From Octopus vulgaris (taxonomy: Eukaryota), in NCBI GenBank assembly GCA_951406725.2, contig OX597827.1:67890001-67954000 (forward strand): 64,000 nucleotides of DNA, written 5' to 3'. Position 1 is the stretch's first letter. Every line of letters begins with the position of its first letter. Shown here piece after piece: positions 53,229-64,000 of this stretch. The notes below the pieces were generated by a model. That model was not told the DNA's origin and searched no databases. It was given only the letters and a program-made list of their open reading frames with translations. A program made the translations under genes and the position numbers.

Positions 53229-53570
53229 ACACAATGTTACTTGTACGTATTTATATATTTAGAAATGCTTATGTGAACTCGGTAGAATTATACGTGTGTG
53301 TATGCATTTGTGTATGTGCGTGTGTATATGTGTATGCGTGTGTGCATGTGTGTGTGAATGCATGTAAGTAAACACGCAGGCAGACACATAAACACACACA
53401 CACAAACATATGCATAATTACAGACATAAACACAAATAGACCCAGGGAATCATATAGCTATAACACACACATATACACCCACGTACACACTCATACACCA
53501 ACGCACAAACATATACTTCCGCATGTATATATAACCTAAGTGCTGAGTTTCACTCTTACAAACACAAAAT

Positions 53571-53944
53571 AAGCAACAAGGATATCCAGAGGTAATGCAG
53601 TATGATCGTTTCATGCAACTCCATTTAATTGAACAATGCAATCATTATATCAATTTAAAGTGCAGAGCAATCCTCAGCTGCACAAAGACATAGAATTTAA
53701 TTAAATTAGAACAGATGGACACATTAGTATGATTATACCTAAAATCGCTAAGAAGTTAAGGAGATAGACAAAGAACATGTTGTAGCTACAACATCATAGT
53801 TGCAATTTAAGTAAAATTCTATGTCTGTGCAGCTGAAGATTGCTCTACATTCTAAATTGATGTAATGAAATAATTGCATTGTTCAATTAAATGGAGTTGC
53901 ATGAAACGATCGTGCTGCATTACCTCTGGATATCCTTGGTGCTT
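53571..53944. mobile_element. Inverted pair of HHR-bearing repeats (PLE pLTR-like)
   Basis: Arms 53571-53698 and 53814-53944; HHR motifs at 53596-53682 (-) and 53828-53919 (+); 18-bp palindrome ATGTTGTAGCTACAACAT at 53777-53794. Confidence 0.75.
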
Positions 53945-54094
53945 TTGATTTTAATCACCATACTTTGAAATTGTATGGATAACACCGTACTAAATTCTGG
54001 TACCTCAACTTAAGTACCATATTCATCTGAATCTACATTTTTGCTGAACTCATCTACCATACATAAAGTATATATTTATATATATATATACACA

Positions 54095-54255
54095 CGACGG
54101 GCTTCTTTTAGTTTCCGTGTACCAAGTTCACTCACAAGGCTTTAGTCGGCCCGCCGTTATAGTAGAAGACACTTAACCAAGGTGCCACGCAGTGGGACTG
54201 AACCCGGATCCATGTGGTTGAGATGTAAGCTTCTTACCACACAGCCACGCCTGCT
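54095..54255 (-). mobile_element. SINE family A, 5' half
   Basis: Reverse complement of family A head. Confidence 0.8.
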
Positions 54256-54290
54256 CCCCAAATATATATATATAAACATATATACTCACT

Positions 54291-54324
<34 letters not shown>

Positions 54325-54559
54325 GGAGGAATTACAACCGTGTTTCGTGGTCTGCTACCACAACAGCTCCTTTATAGGATCCAGTTAGCTCAAGACATCA
54401 TCAGGAGGAACCACGTCCGGTTTCGGCCCCTACTCCTCTACCGTTTTGACGTGGCGGGCCCCCCCCCTTTCGGAGGTGTCTTCAGCTCTGGTGTTGGGTG
54501 CATGTCTTCTTTCTTCTTCTTTCTTCTGTTCCCTGGCCTCTTCGATGTAGCGTCAGCGA

Positions 54560-54645
<86 letters not shown>

Positions 54646-54840
54646 ATATATATATTATATAAAAGGGCTTAGTAAAATAAATTACTTTGCCGCATACTGA
54701 ACTCATTAGAAATAGCACCTAAAAAACTTTTTTAAAACTATTTCCAATACTTAAAGAAAATCTCTCTCATATAGTTTGCTCAATTCAACTCACGAAAGTA
54801 TGGGGGTAGAGACATTAAAAAATCAAATGCAAAGGTTATT

Positions 54841-54893
54841 TCAGAACGTACGTTTCAAGATTAGTCAAACTCGACACTTCTATCATCAGCTCA
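54841..54893 (-). ncRNA. Type I hammerhead motif
   Basis: UGAG-CUGAUGA-u-AGA-agu-GUC gaguuu GAC-uaa-UCU-u-GAAAC-guac-GUU-CUGA; stem III palindrome ACGUACGU; one mismatch in stem I. Confidence 0.55.
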
Positions 54894-55171
54894 GAACTCC
54901 CTGGTTTGGATTTGAAAACACTGAAAGTGGGAGCATACCCTTTCGGCTTCAATCGCTTCTGAAGACCTGCTCGAAACTAACAGTGCCAGCAAATTCAAAT
55001 ATGCAAGCGAAGAATTTCTGCTCTCCCTTTCCACCAGCGTGGGTTAAAATCAGTAAACACTGTGCTTTTTTCGGTAAAATCCGAGGCATTAAATAGAGAG
55101 AGATGAATTATAATTTCAACAATTGAGGGTAAAATTAATTAATTAATCAATTTCACCAAGTATTCAGTATG

Positions 55172-55242
<71 letters not shown>

Positions 55243-55764
55243 AGTATGTATGTATGTATGTATGTATGTATGTATGTATGTATGTATGTATGTATGTATG
55301 TATGTATGTATGTATGTATGTATATACTTACAGACAGATATGATATGGCACATGATATAGTATGTAAGTATTGTAATTCACACACATACCTGCTCGTCCC
55401 CACACTCACTCCCACGCACCCTCGAACACACATAGCCTACACGCTTACACACACGCTCACACTCACATTCCTTTCTCCTACCGTCTAGGTCAATCCCTCT
55501 GCCGCCCCACCACCACCACCAAACATCCCCTTCAAGCTCCTCCGGTGTTGCTTCTTTGCTCTTCTCTTTCTTCCTTCCTCTCTCTTAGTATCACCATCCC
55601 TCTCCTACCACCACTCATTCCTTATCTAATTATATGCTTTCTTTTGTCTTTACTTTCGCTTCTTGTTATACGTTTTTTTTGTTCTTTCAATTCTTTTTTT
55701 ATTATGGTGGTGGTGGTAGTGTGAGGTCCTTTTCACCCTCAGTTCTTATTTTATTTACTCTTCT

Positions 55765-55960
55765 TCTCTTTTACTTGTTTCAGTCATCTGACTGTGGCCA
55801 TGCTGGAGCACTGCATTTAGTCGACCAAATCGACCCCATGACTTATTCTTTGTAAGCCTAGTACTTATTCTATTCTTATCTTTTGCTGAACTGCTAGGTT
55901 GCGGAGACGTAAACACACCAGCATCAGTTGTCAAGCGATGTTGGGGAGACAAACACAAAT
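55765..55960 (-). mobile_element. SINE family A, 3' half
   Basis: Reverse complement of family A tail. Confidence 0.8.
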
Positions 55961-55999
55961 ACATACATACATACATACATACATACATACATACATACA

Positions 56000-56035
<36 letters not shown>

Positions 56036-56337
56036 TATACATACATATATATATTCAATAAAGGGTGGAACATAATTAATTTAATAAAATTAATCAATTT
56101 CACCTAGTAGATTTGTCGGTATGGAAAAGACCATATTTGGTAAGGGTTATAATAATTATAATAAAGGGTTAAATGCAACAAGTTGCTCAAAAACCACATA
56201 CCGAAAATATTAGAAATAGCAGCCAAAATTGGTCAGTATTTCCTCTACTAGTAAAAAGTCTCCACAAACAAACAGAATTTGTAAGCTGTATATGGCAAAA
56301 AAAGGCAGAAAATAACGAAAACCCAGCCTCTGGATTA

Positions 56338-56395
56338 ATTATAGACGACTCGTTTCTGGATTAGAACCGAAGGTTCATTTCCTTGTCAATATAAT
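56338..56395 (-). ncRNA. Degenerate hammerhead (all stems intact, core mutated)
   Basis: AUUAUA-UUGACAA-GGA aau GAACC uuc GGUUC uaa UCC-a-GAAAC-gaguc-GUC-UAUAAU. Confidence 0.5.
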
Positions 56396-56513
56396 ATTTC
56401 CTGTAGATCTAGAAATGCTAGGGAAAAAACTTACCCGTTACACCAGTACGATCTGCAACATCGGACGGCTTAACGGAACTGCTAGCATTCGTACATCTAT
56501 AACGACATGCGAA

Positions 56514-56592
<79 letters not shown>

Positions 56593-56858
56593 CTTGCTTT
56601 GAAAAACTGCATTTAGGTACGATTAGTATATTTTTGGTAGTAATGACTTTGTCCCTCTTAGTGTGAGGCATTTATGTGTAATAATGCCCTCTATACAATA
56701 TAGATATAATTAATTTGTTCAAAAGAAAAAAATTATTTTCGAATTCTTTTCTTTTATGAGGTTTTCACGCTAACTACCCGATAATTTCTTGTTAAGATTC
56801 CTTATTAAGAGGTTATCCTTAATTGTTAAACTTATATATATATATATATATATATATA

Positions 56859-57511
56859 ACAATAATAAATCTCTGAACGAGATATAAACAGTAACCACTC
56901 GACAACGTAAGGGGTATTAGCCATCTGAATGTGGCTAGCCATCTGAATGTGGCTAGCCACTGGGGGGGGGTGTTACTGATGCTTTTAGCCCCAGGCGATC
57001 AACGTCACCAGAAGGACTTTAGACACTATCTCAGTGCCCTTGTGTTATTTGCAAAGGGAGGTCATCCTCCCTCGAAGACCCGAGTACTACATACGGACTA
57101 TAGTTTCAAGGTAATTGCCTCTCGTCAACGCATGGTAAGCACCGGTCTTCGATGAAGGAGTCCCCTTGCAAATAATATATAATGTTTTTCACAGTAACCA
57201 CTGTCACTGATGTAGAAAAACTGTCTGAAAACAATAATAAATCTCTGAACGAGATATAAAGAGTAACCGCTCGACAACGTAAGGGGCATTAGCCATCTGA
57301 ATGTGGCTAGCCACTGGGGGTGGGGGGTGTTACTGATGCTTTTAGCCCCAGGCGATCAACGTCACCAGAAGGATGACCTCCCTTTGCAAATAACACAAGG
57401 GCACTGAGATAGTGTCTAAAGTCCTTCTGGTGACGTTGATCGCCTGGGGCTAAAAGCATCAGTAACACCCCCAGTGGCTAACCACATTCAGATGGCTAAT
57501 ACCCCTTACGT

Positions 57512-57512
<1 letters not shown>
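56859..57512. mobile_element. Tandem plus inverted structured repeat (homologous to 18690-18994)
   Basis: Unit starts CAATAATAAATCTCTGAACGAG at 56860 and 57232 (also 33558); fold-back arms 57276-57373 and 57422-57512. Confidence 0.8.
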
Positions 57513-57543
<31 letters not shown>

Positions 57544-57601
57544 TGTATATATATATATATATACACATATATGTATAAATATATATACACATATACACAT
57601 A

Positions 57602-57766
57602 TACGACAGGCTTCTTTCAGTTTCCGTCTACCAAATCCACTCACAAGGCTTTGGTCGGCCATAGGCTATATCAGAAGACACTTGCCCAAGGTGTCACGCA
57701 GTGGGACTGAACCCTGAACCATGTGGTTCTTTAACAAGCAACTTACTACACAGCCACTCCTACGCC
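57602..57766 (-). mobile_element. SINE family A, 5' half
   Basis: Reverse complement of family A head. Confidence 0.82.
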
Positions 57767-58547
57767 TGTGGTATATATATATATATTGTATTATGTATTT
57801 TATTTTATTTTATTCTTTTATTTCTTTCACTCATTTGACTGCGGCCATGCTGGACCACCGCCTCGATTATTTACACTTAAAAACAATTGCCCTATCATAA
57901 ACACGCAGCTCAGTATATCAGCTGTAAATTGTATTTGCAGTAGAAATACCCGTTTTATGCAAATCGAGTTTTCCGGTTAATGGGAAGTAATTAACTGTAG
58001 CAGCTGCAACCCCCTATCCAAACCTACCCACCTCATAATGGCTTAACAGCTCTTACCGTTTGTTTTCACTGACCTGTTTTTGTTACCAACTTTGACCCTC
58101 CGCAAATCCCAAATTTTATTTATTTTGCTTTGCGGGAGTAACTGTTTTGACGAAGATGCATCTTGTCCTAATGCTCGAAAAGCGGAGTAGATGAAACAGG
58201 GGACAACTGATGAAGGTATTGTTCTTTATGGCGCCTGTCTTGTTGTTTACAAAAAAAAAAAAACACTTTCGTTTTCCATGTTTTAGGCGGGGTTGTGTGG
58301 TAAGGAGTGCGTTTTTCAACCGCATTGTTCGAAGTTCATTCCTACTGCGTGGCATCTTGCATAGGTATCTTCTGTTATAGCCCAAGGCTTATGCACACGC
58401 ATACACACTTTCGCATACACACACACACACACACACATACAAACACGCACACCGACACGCACACATACACACGCACATACACACACACACGGAGAGACAG
58501 ACAGACAGAAAGATGGACAAAAAGACAGACAGACAGATAGAAAATAA

Positions 58548-58608
<61 letters not shown>

Positions 58609-58742
58609 CAGACAGACATACACACATACATATATACATACATACATACATACATACATGCATGCATGCATACATGCATACATACATACATACACACATA
58701 CATACATTCATACACACATACATACATTCATACACACACACA

Positions 58743-58776
<34 letters not shown>

Positions 58777-59194
58777 CATACATACAAACATACATATATA
58801 CACACATACATACATACATTCATACACACATACATACATTCATACACACATACATACATACGTACATACATACATATATATACACATACATACATACGTA
58901 CATTCATACACACATACATACATTCATACACACATACATACATACATACATAAATACATACATACATAAATACATACATACATACATACATACATACATA
59001 CATACATACATACATACACACATACATAGCCACAGGTTGATAGATGTATGAACAAAAAGGATTACCTGTTTCAAAACGAAAAGATACAAGCTCAGAATAA
59101 TTAATTAAAGACGAAACAAGCTAGATGATCTCCTATGTATGTGCTTCCATGTGTGTGTATGTGTGTGTATTTGCTTTGTTTGTCTAACTGTCTG

Positions 59195-59195
59195 G

Positions 59196-59251
<56 letters not shown>

Positions 59252-59252
59252 T

Positions 59253-59317
<65 letters not shown>

Positions 59318-59318
59318 T

Positions 59319-59374
<56 letters not shown>

Positions 59375-59375
59375 T

Positions 59376-59431
<56 letters not shown>

Positions 59432-59444
59432 GTGATGATGATGG

Positions 59445-59518
<74 letters not shown>

Positions 59519-59519
59519 T

Positions 59520-59557
<38 letters not shown>

Positions 59558-59558
59558 T

Positions 59559-59638
<80 letters not shown>

Positions 59639-59942
59639 GTATGGTGCTGGTGCTGTAGATGATGACGGAAACGATGATAATGAATATGATGATGATGTGC
59701 ATGGTGGTGGTGGTGGTGGTGATGAAGGTGCTGCTGCTGATGATGATGATGAGGAGGAGGAGGAGGAGGAGGAGGAGGAGCAAGAGGAGCAAGAGGAGGA
59801 GGAGGAGAGGAAAGTGGAGGAGGAAGAAAAGGATAAGGATTATGATGTTGATGACGTCTACCGTGACCAAGATGATGATGACGATGATGATGATGATGAT
59901 GATGATAATGATGATGATGACGATGATGATGATGATGACGAC

Positions 59943-59973
<31 letters not shown>

Positions 59974-59993
59974 ATGATGACGACGACGACGAC

Positions 59994-60028
<35 letters not shown>

Positions 60029-60107
60029 CGATGATGACGATGATGATGATGACGACGATGATGATGATGATGATGATGATGATGGGTATGATGACGACGA
60101 CGACGAC

Positions 60108-60138
<31 letters not shown>

Positions 60139-60172
60139 ATGATGACGACGATGATGATGATGATGATGATGT
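59195..60172. repeat. ~1-kb (GAT)n/(GAC)n/(GAG)n tract
   Basis: Directly visible; 59195-59638 is nearly pure (GAT)n. Confidence 0.95.
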
Positions 60173-60260
60173 GAATAATATTGATGCTGATGGTAATTTA
60201 TGATGAAGATAACGACGATGTGTATTGTTATTGATAGTATTACGACTATGTGGTGTGCAA

Positions 60261-60325
<65 letters not shown>

Positions 60326-60649
60326 CGCGCGTGTGTGTGCGGATGTGCGCACGCTCGTGTGTGTGTGTGAGCATGTATAAAATTGAAGCGTTTGAAGAGG
60401 AAGACATGCAAAATGAAGCTCTGACAAGCCGAGACGTGCAAAATCGCAAAGCCGTCATTTTTTTTTTTTTTCATATTAGGAAATATAGCGGGGCGGAGGT
60501 GGGGTCGAAGTGGGCGGTAGGCAAAGAGGGAAAAAATGGGGTGGGGCTGTCACGGCAGTGGTGGTGGTGGTGGTGGAGCCATTAATGGTAGCAGCAGCAG
60601 TAGTTGTTACTGATATCGTCATTGATAGTTGAGGGTGGTAGTGGTGGAG

Positions 60650-60680
<31 letters not shown>

Positions 60681-60757
60681 AAGTAGTTGGGTTGGCGGTG
60701 CTTGCGGTGCTGGCTGTGCTGGTGGTTCTGTGGTAGTAGGAGTGTAGGGTGGTTGTG

Positions 60758-60796
<39 letters not shown>

Positions 60797-60871
60797 ATAG
60801 TAGTGATGGCGGTGGTGGTGATTGAGGTGGTGGTAGTGGTGGTGTGGTAGTAGGAGTGTAGGGTGGTTGTG

Positions 60872-60928
<57 letters not shown>

Positions 60929-61033
60929 ATGGCGGTGGTGGCGGTGGTGGTGATTGTGGTGGTGGTAGTGGTGGTGTGGTTGTAGGAGTATGGGGGGTGG
61001 TTGTGGTAATGGTGGTCGTAGTGGTGATGATGG

Positions 61034-61064
<31 letters not shown>

Positions 61065-61403
61065 CGTCGTCGTCTTCGTCGCCGTAGTGTTGTTAGTAGT
61101 GGTTGTAGTGGTGGTGGTGGTGGTGGTGGTGGTGGTGCTGTGGATGGTGGTGATGTTGGTATAGTGGTAATGAAGGTGGTAATGGTGAAGGTGGTGTTGA
61201 CGGTGATGGTGATCGTCATCGCCGTCATCATCACTGTTACCGTTGTCGTGGCAGTGGTGAATTTAATTACCTAATTAATCATATGGTGTTAATTTCATAA
61301 CCTGGTCGAAGCCAGGATCTTTCAGCTGTCACATCCGCATGTTCAATCTAGGAGTTAAGATGGCCGTAATTATTATTATAGAATAGATCTATATAAATAT
61401 ATG

Positions 61404-61459
<56 letters not shown>

Positions 61460-61467
<8 letters not shown>

Positions 61468-62535
61468 TGCGTATGCATGTATGTGCATGTGTGTATGCGT
61501 GTGTGTATGCGTGTATGTGTGTGTTCGTGTGTGTGTATGTGTGTGTGTGCGTATGCATGTATGTGCATGTGTGTATGCGTGTATGTGTGTGTTCGTGTGT
61601 GTGTATGTGTGTGCGTGCGTATGCATGTATGTGCATGTGTATATGCGTGTGTGTATGCGTGTATGTGTGTGTTCGTGTGTGTGTATGTGTGTGCGTGCGT
61701 ATGCATGTATGTGCATGTGTGTATGCGTGTGTGTATGCGTGTATGTGTGTGTTCGTGTGTGTGTATGTGTGTGCGTGCGTATGCATGTATGTGCATGTGT
61801 ATATGCGTGTGTGTATGCGTGTATGTGTGTGTTCGTGTGTGTGTATGTGTGTGTGTATGCGTATGCATGTATGTGCATGTGTGTATGCGTGTGTGTATGC
61901 GTGTATGTGTGTGTTCGTGTGTGTGTATGTGTGTGTGTGCGTATGCATGTATGTGCATATGTGTATGCGTGTATGTGTGTGTTCGTGTGTGTGTATGTGT
62001 GTGTGTGCGTATGCATGTATGTGCATGTGTGTATGCGTGTATGTGTGTGTTCGTGTGTGTGTATGTGTGTGTGTGCGTATGCATGTATGTGCATGTGTGT
62101 ATGCGTGTATGTGTGTGTTCATGTGTGTGTATGTGTGTGCGTGCGTATGCATGTATGTGCATGTGTATGTGCATGTGTATGTGTGTATGCGTGTATGTGT
62201 GTGTTCGTGTGTGTGTATGTGTGTGCGTGCGTATGCATGTATGTGCATGTGTGTATGCGTGTGTGCATGCGTGTATGTGTGCGTTCGTGTGTGTGTATGT
62301 GTGTGTGTGCGTATGCATGTATGTGCATGTGTGTATGCGTGTGTGTATGCGTGTATGTGTGTGTTCGTGTGTGTGTGTGTGTGTGTGTTCGTATGCATGT
62401 ATGTGCATGTGTGTATGCGTGTGTGTATGCGTGTATGTGTGTGTTCGTGTGTGTGTGTGTGTGTGTGTTCGTATGCATGTATGTGCATGTGTGTATGCGT
62501 GTGTGTATGCGTGTATGTGTGTGTTCGTATGTGTG
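61460..62535. repeat. 68/80-bp minisatellite, ~14 copies, alternating purine-pyrimidine
   Basis: GTTCG anchor at 61523, 61591, 61671, 61751, 61831, 61913, 61981, 62049 and onward to 62523. Confidence 0.92.
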
Positions 62536-62680
62536 CATGTGCGCGAGCGTTTAACTTAGAGGATCGGCACCAGAGAATGATAGAACGGTAAAAAAAAAAA
62601 TATGTGCTTTGAATAAAACCTTACAAGGTGGTGTCCCAGCATGATCGCACCCTGATGAGTGAAATGATCTAATGATAAAA

Positions 62681-63078
62681 CAGGAGTGGCTGTGTGGTAA
62701 GTAGCTTGTTTACCAACCACATGGTTCCGGGTTCAGTCCCACTGCGTGGCACCTTGGGCAAGTGTCTTCTACTATAGCCCCGGGCCGACCAAAGCCCTGT
62801 GAGTGGATTTGGTAGACGGAAACTGAAAGAAGCCCGTCGTATATATGTATATATATATGTGAGTGTATGTGTGACTGTGTTTGTCCCCCTAGCATTGCTT
62901 GACAACCGATGCTGGTGTGTTTATGTCCCCGTTACTTAGCGGTTCGGCAAAAGAGACCGATAGAATAAGTACTGGGCTTACAAAAGAATAAGTCCCGGGA
63001 TCGAATTGCTCGACTAAAAGGCGGTGCTCCAGCATGGCCGCAGTCAAATGACTGAAACAAGTAAAAGAGTAAAAGAGA
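62681..63078 (+). mobile_element. SINE family A, near full length
   Basis: Near-identical to 4647-5050. Confidence 0.9.
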
Positions 63079-63117
63079 GTATCCGAGAGGCGCAGTTGTT
63101 AATAAGACGAAAAGATA

Positions 63118-63811
63118 ACTTTCTTTATCGGCCACACAGGGCTGAACACAGAGGGGACACATAGAAATGTAGAGCTTTTCTTTTCGAAAATAAAGAAGAA
63201 AAAGGGGGGAAAATAAGAGGAAAAAAAAGTAAAATTCCGATCAAAAGGGCTCGGGGAAAAAAAGCGATCAAAAGGGATCGTGTATCACAAGAAATTTCAA
63301 AAATGTAAGAAGATTAGGTTTATCCGTGGAACGAAAAGCCTACGGAAAAGACCACGGCAACCTCAGGCAGGCAGACAGGGAATAAACACGTGAGAGCAAA
63401 GTGTTCTCTCTCCCTCTCTTTTGATTTATAGGATCATGCTCAAAGTGGTTTCGTTGCTCGCACGCACCATCTTTGCTACATTCACCCACCTTTTTTTAAA
63501 CTTTCACGAGACAAAACCTGCCTCTCCATTCTCACTTTCCTTTTCAAGTGGTACTTGAAAAAGTTCATGAGCGATTGGCCAGAGAGGTAAGTAGTGTTTG
63601 TCTCTAATCCTTTCGCTCCAGTCCACTACGCACATTCTTTCACCATGGCCACCAGTAAGATGAAGACTGCCTTGCATTCCCAGCTGAGGGAAGGAGGCGG
63701 AGCAATTGTCACGATAGACTCGGTCGTCAGGTAGACTAGTCCCACACGTGACAAGTCGTTCGGCATAAGCCCACAGGTCCGTAACGGTTGGACACGGCAC
63801 GAGTGAGTGCA
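63118..63811 (-). pseudogene. 5'-truncated Tx1/L1-clade LINE: ORF2 C-terminus plus 3' UTR
   Basis: [16 protein letters not shown] / [20 protein letters not shown]...FILLVAMVKECA*WT...FFKYHLKRKVRMERQVLSRESLKKRWVNVAKM...SMIL stop at 63428-63426; 3' end CAGCCCTGTGTGGCCGATAAAGAAA. Confidence 0.78.
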
Positions 63812-63942
63812 GACAGACAGACAGACAAACATATAGATAGATAGAGAGAGAGAGAGAGACAGAGAGAGACAGACAGACAGACAGTCAGACAGACAGACAG
63901 ATAGATAGACAGACAGACAGACAGACCGACAGACAGACAGAG

Positions 63943-63998
<56 letters not shown>

Positions 63999-64000
63999 GG

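Noticed and set aside
59101-60474. 457-aa His/Ile ORF and poly-Met/poly-Asp ORFs
   Set aside because: Pure (GAT)n frames
61348-62591. 340-400-aa ORFs on both strands
   Set aside because: Stop-free minisatellite, open in nearly all frames

Overview
Eukaryotic, AT-rich, repeat-saturated non-coding DNA (gene desert or very large intron). The SINE families and microsatellite load suggest an octopus/coleoid cephalopod genome; this is an inference from pattern recall, not a database result. I find no intact protein-coding gene, and almost all listed ORFs are microsatellite artefacts. Recognisable content: a decayed Penelope-like retroelement (RT + GIY-YIG, ~370-2330, minus), L1/Tx1-clade and RLE-clade LINE fragments, three Tc1/mariner transposase relics, two Helitron-like elements, dozens of tRNA-derived SINE copies from at least five families, two minisatellites and long fold-back repeats. 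The most interesting signal is RNA-level: about 14 type I hammerhead-ribozyme (HHR) motifs, intact or degenerate, from several sequence families, in short non-autonomous elements lying in microsatellites. One family is a tRNA-headed (Pol III) SINE whose 3' tail carries an HHR and occurs in tandem plus inverted arrangement (27354-28143), a candidate Penelope-mobilised, ribozyme-bearing SINE. A second SINE shares its 3' tail with a Tx1-like LINE in the same window. Coordinates were read by eye and may be off by a few bases; all family assignments need database confirmation.
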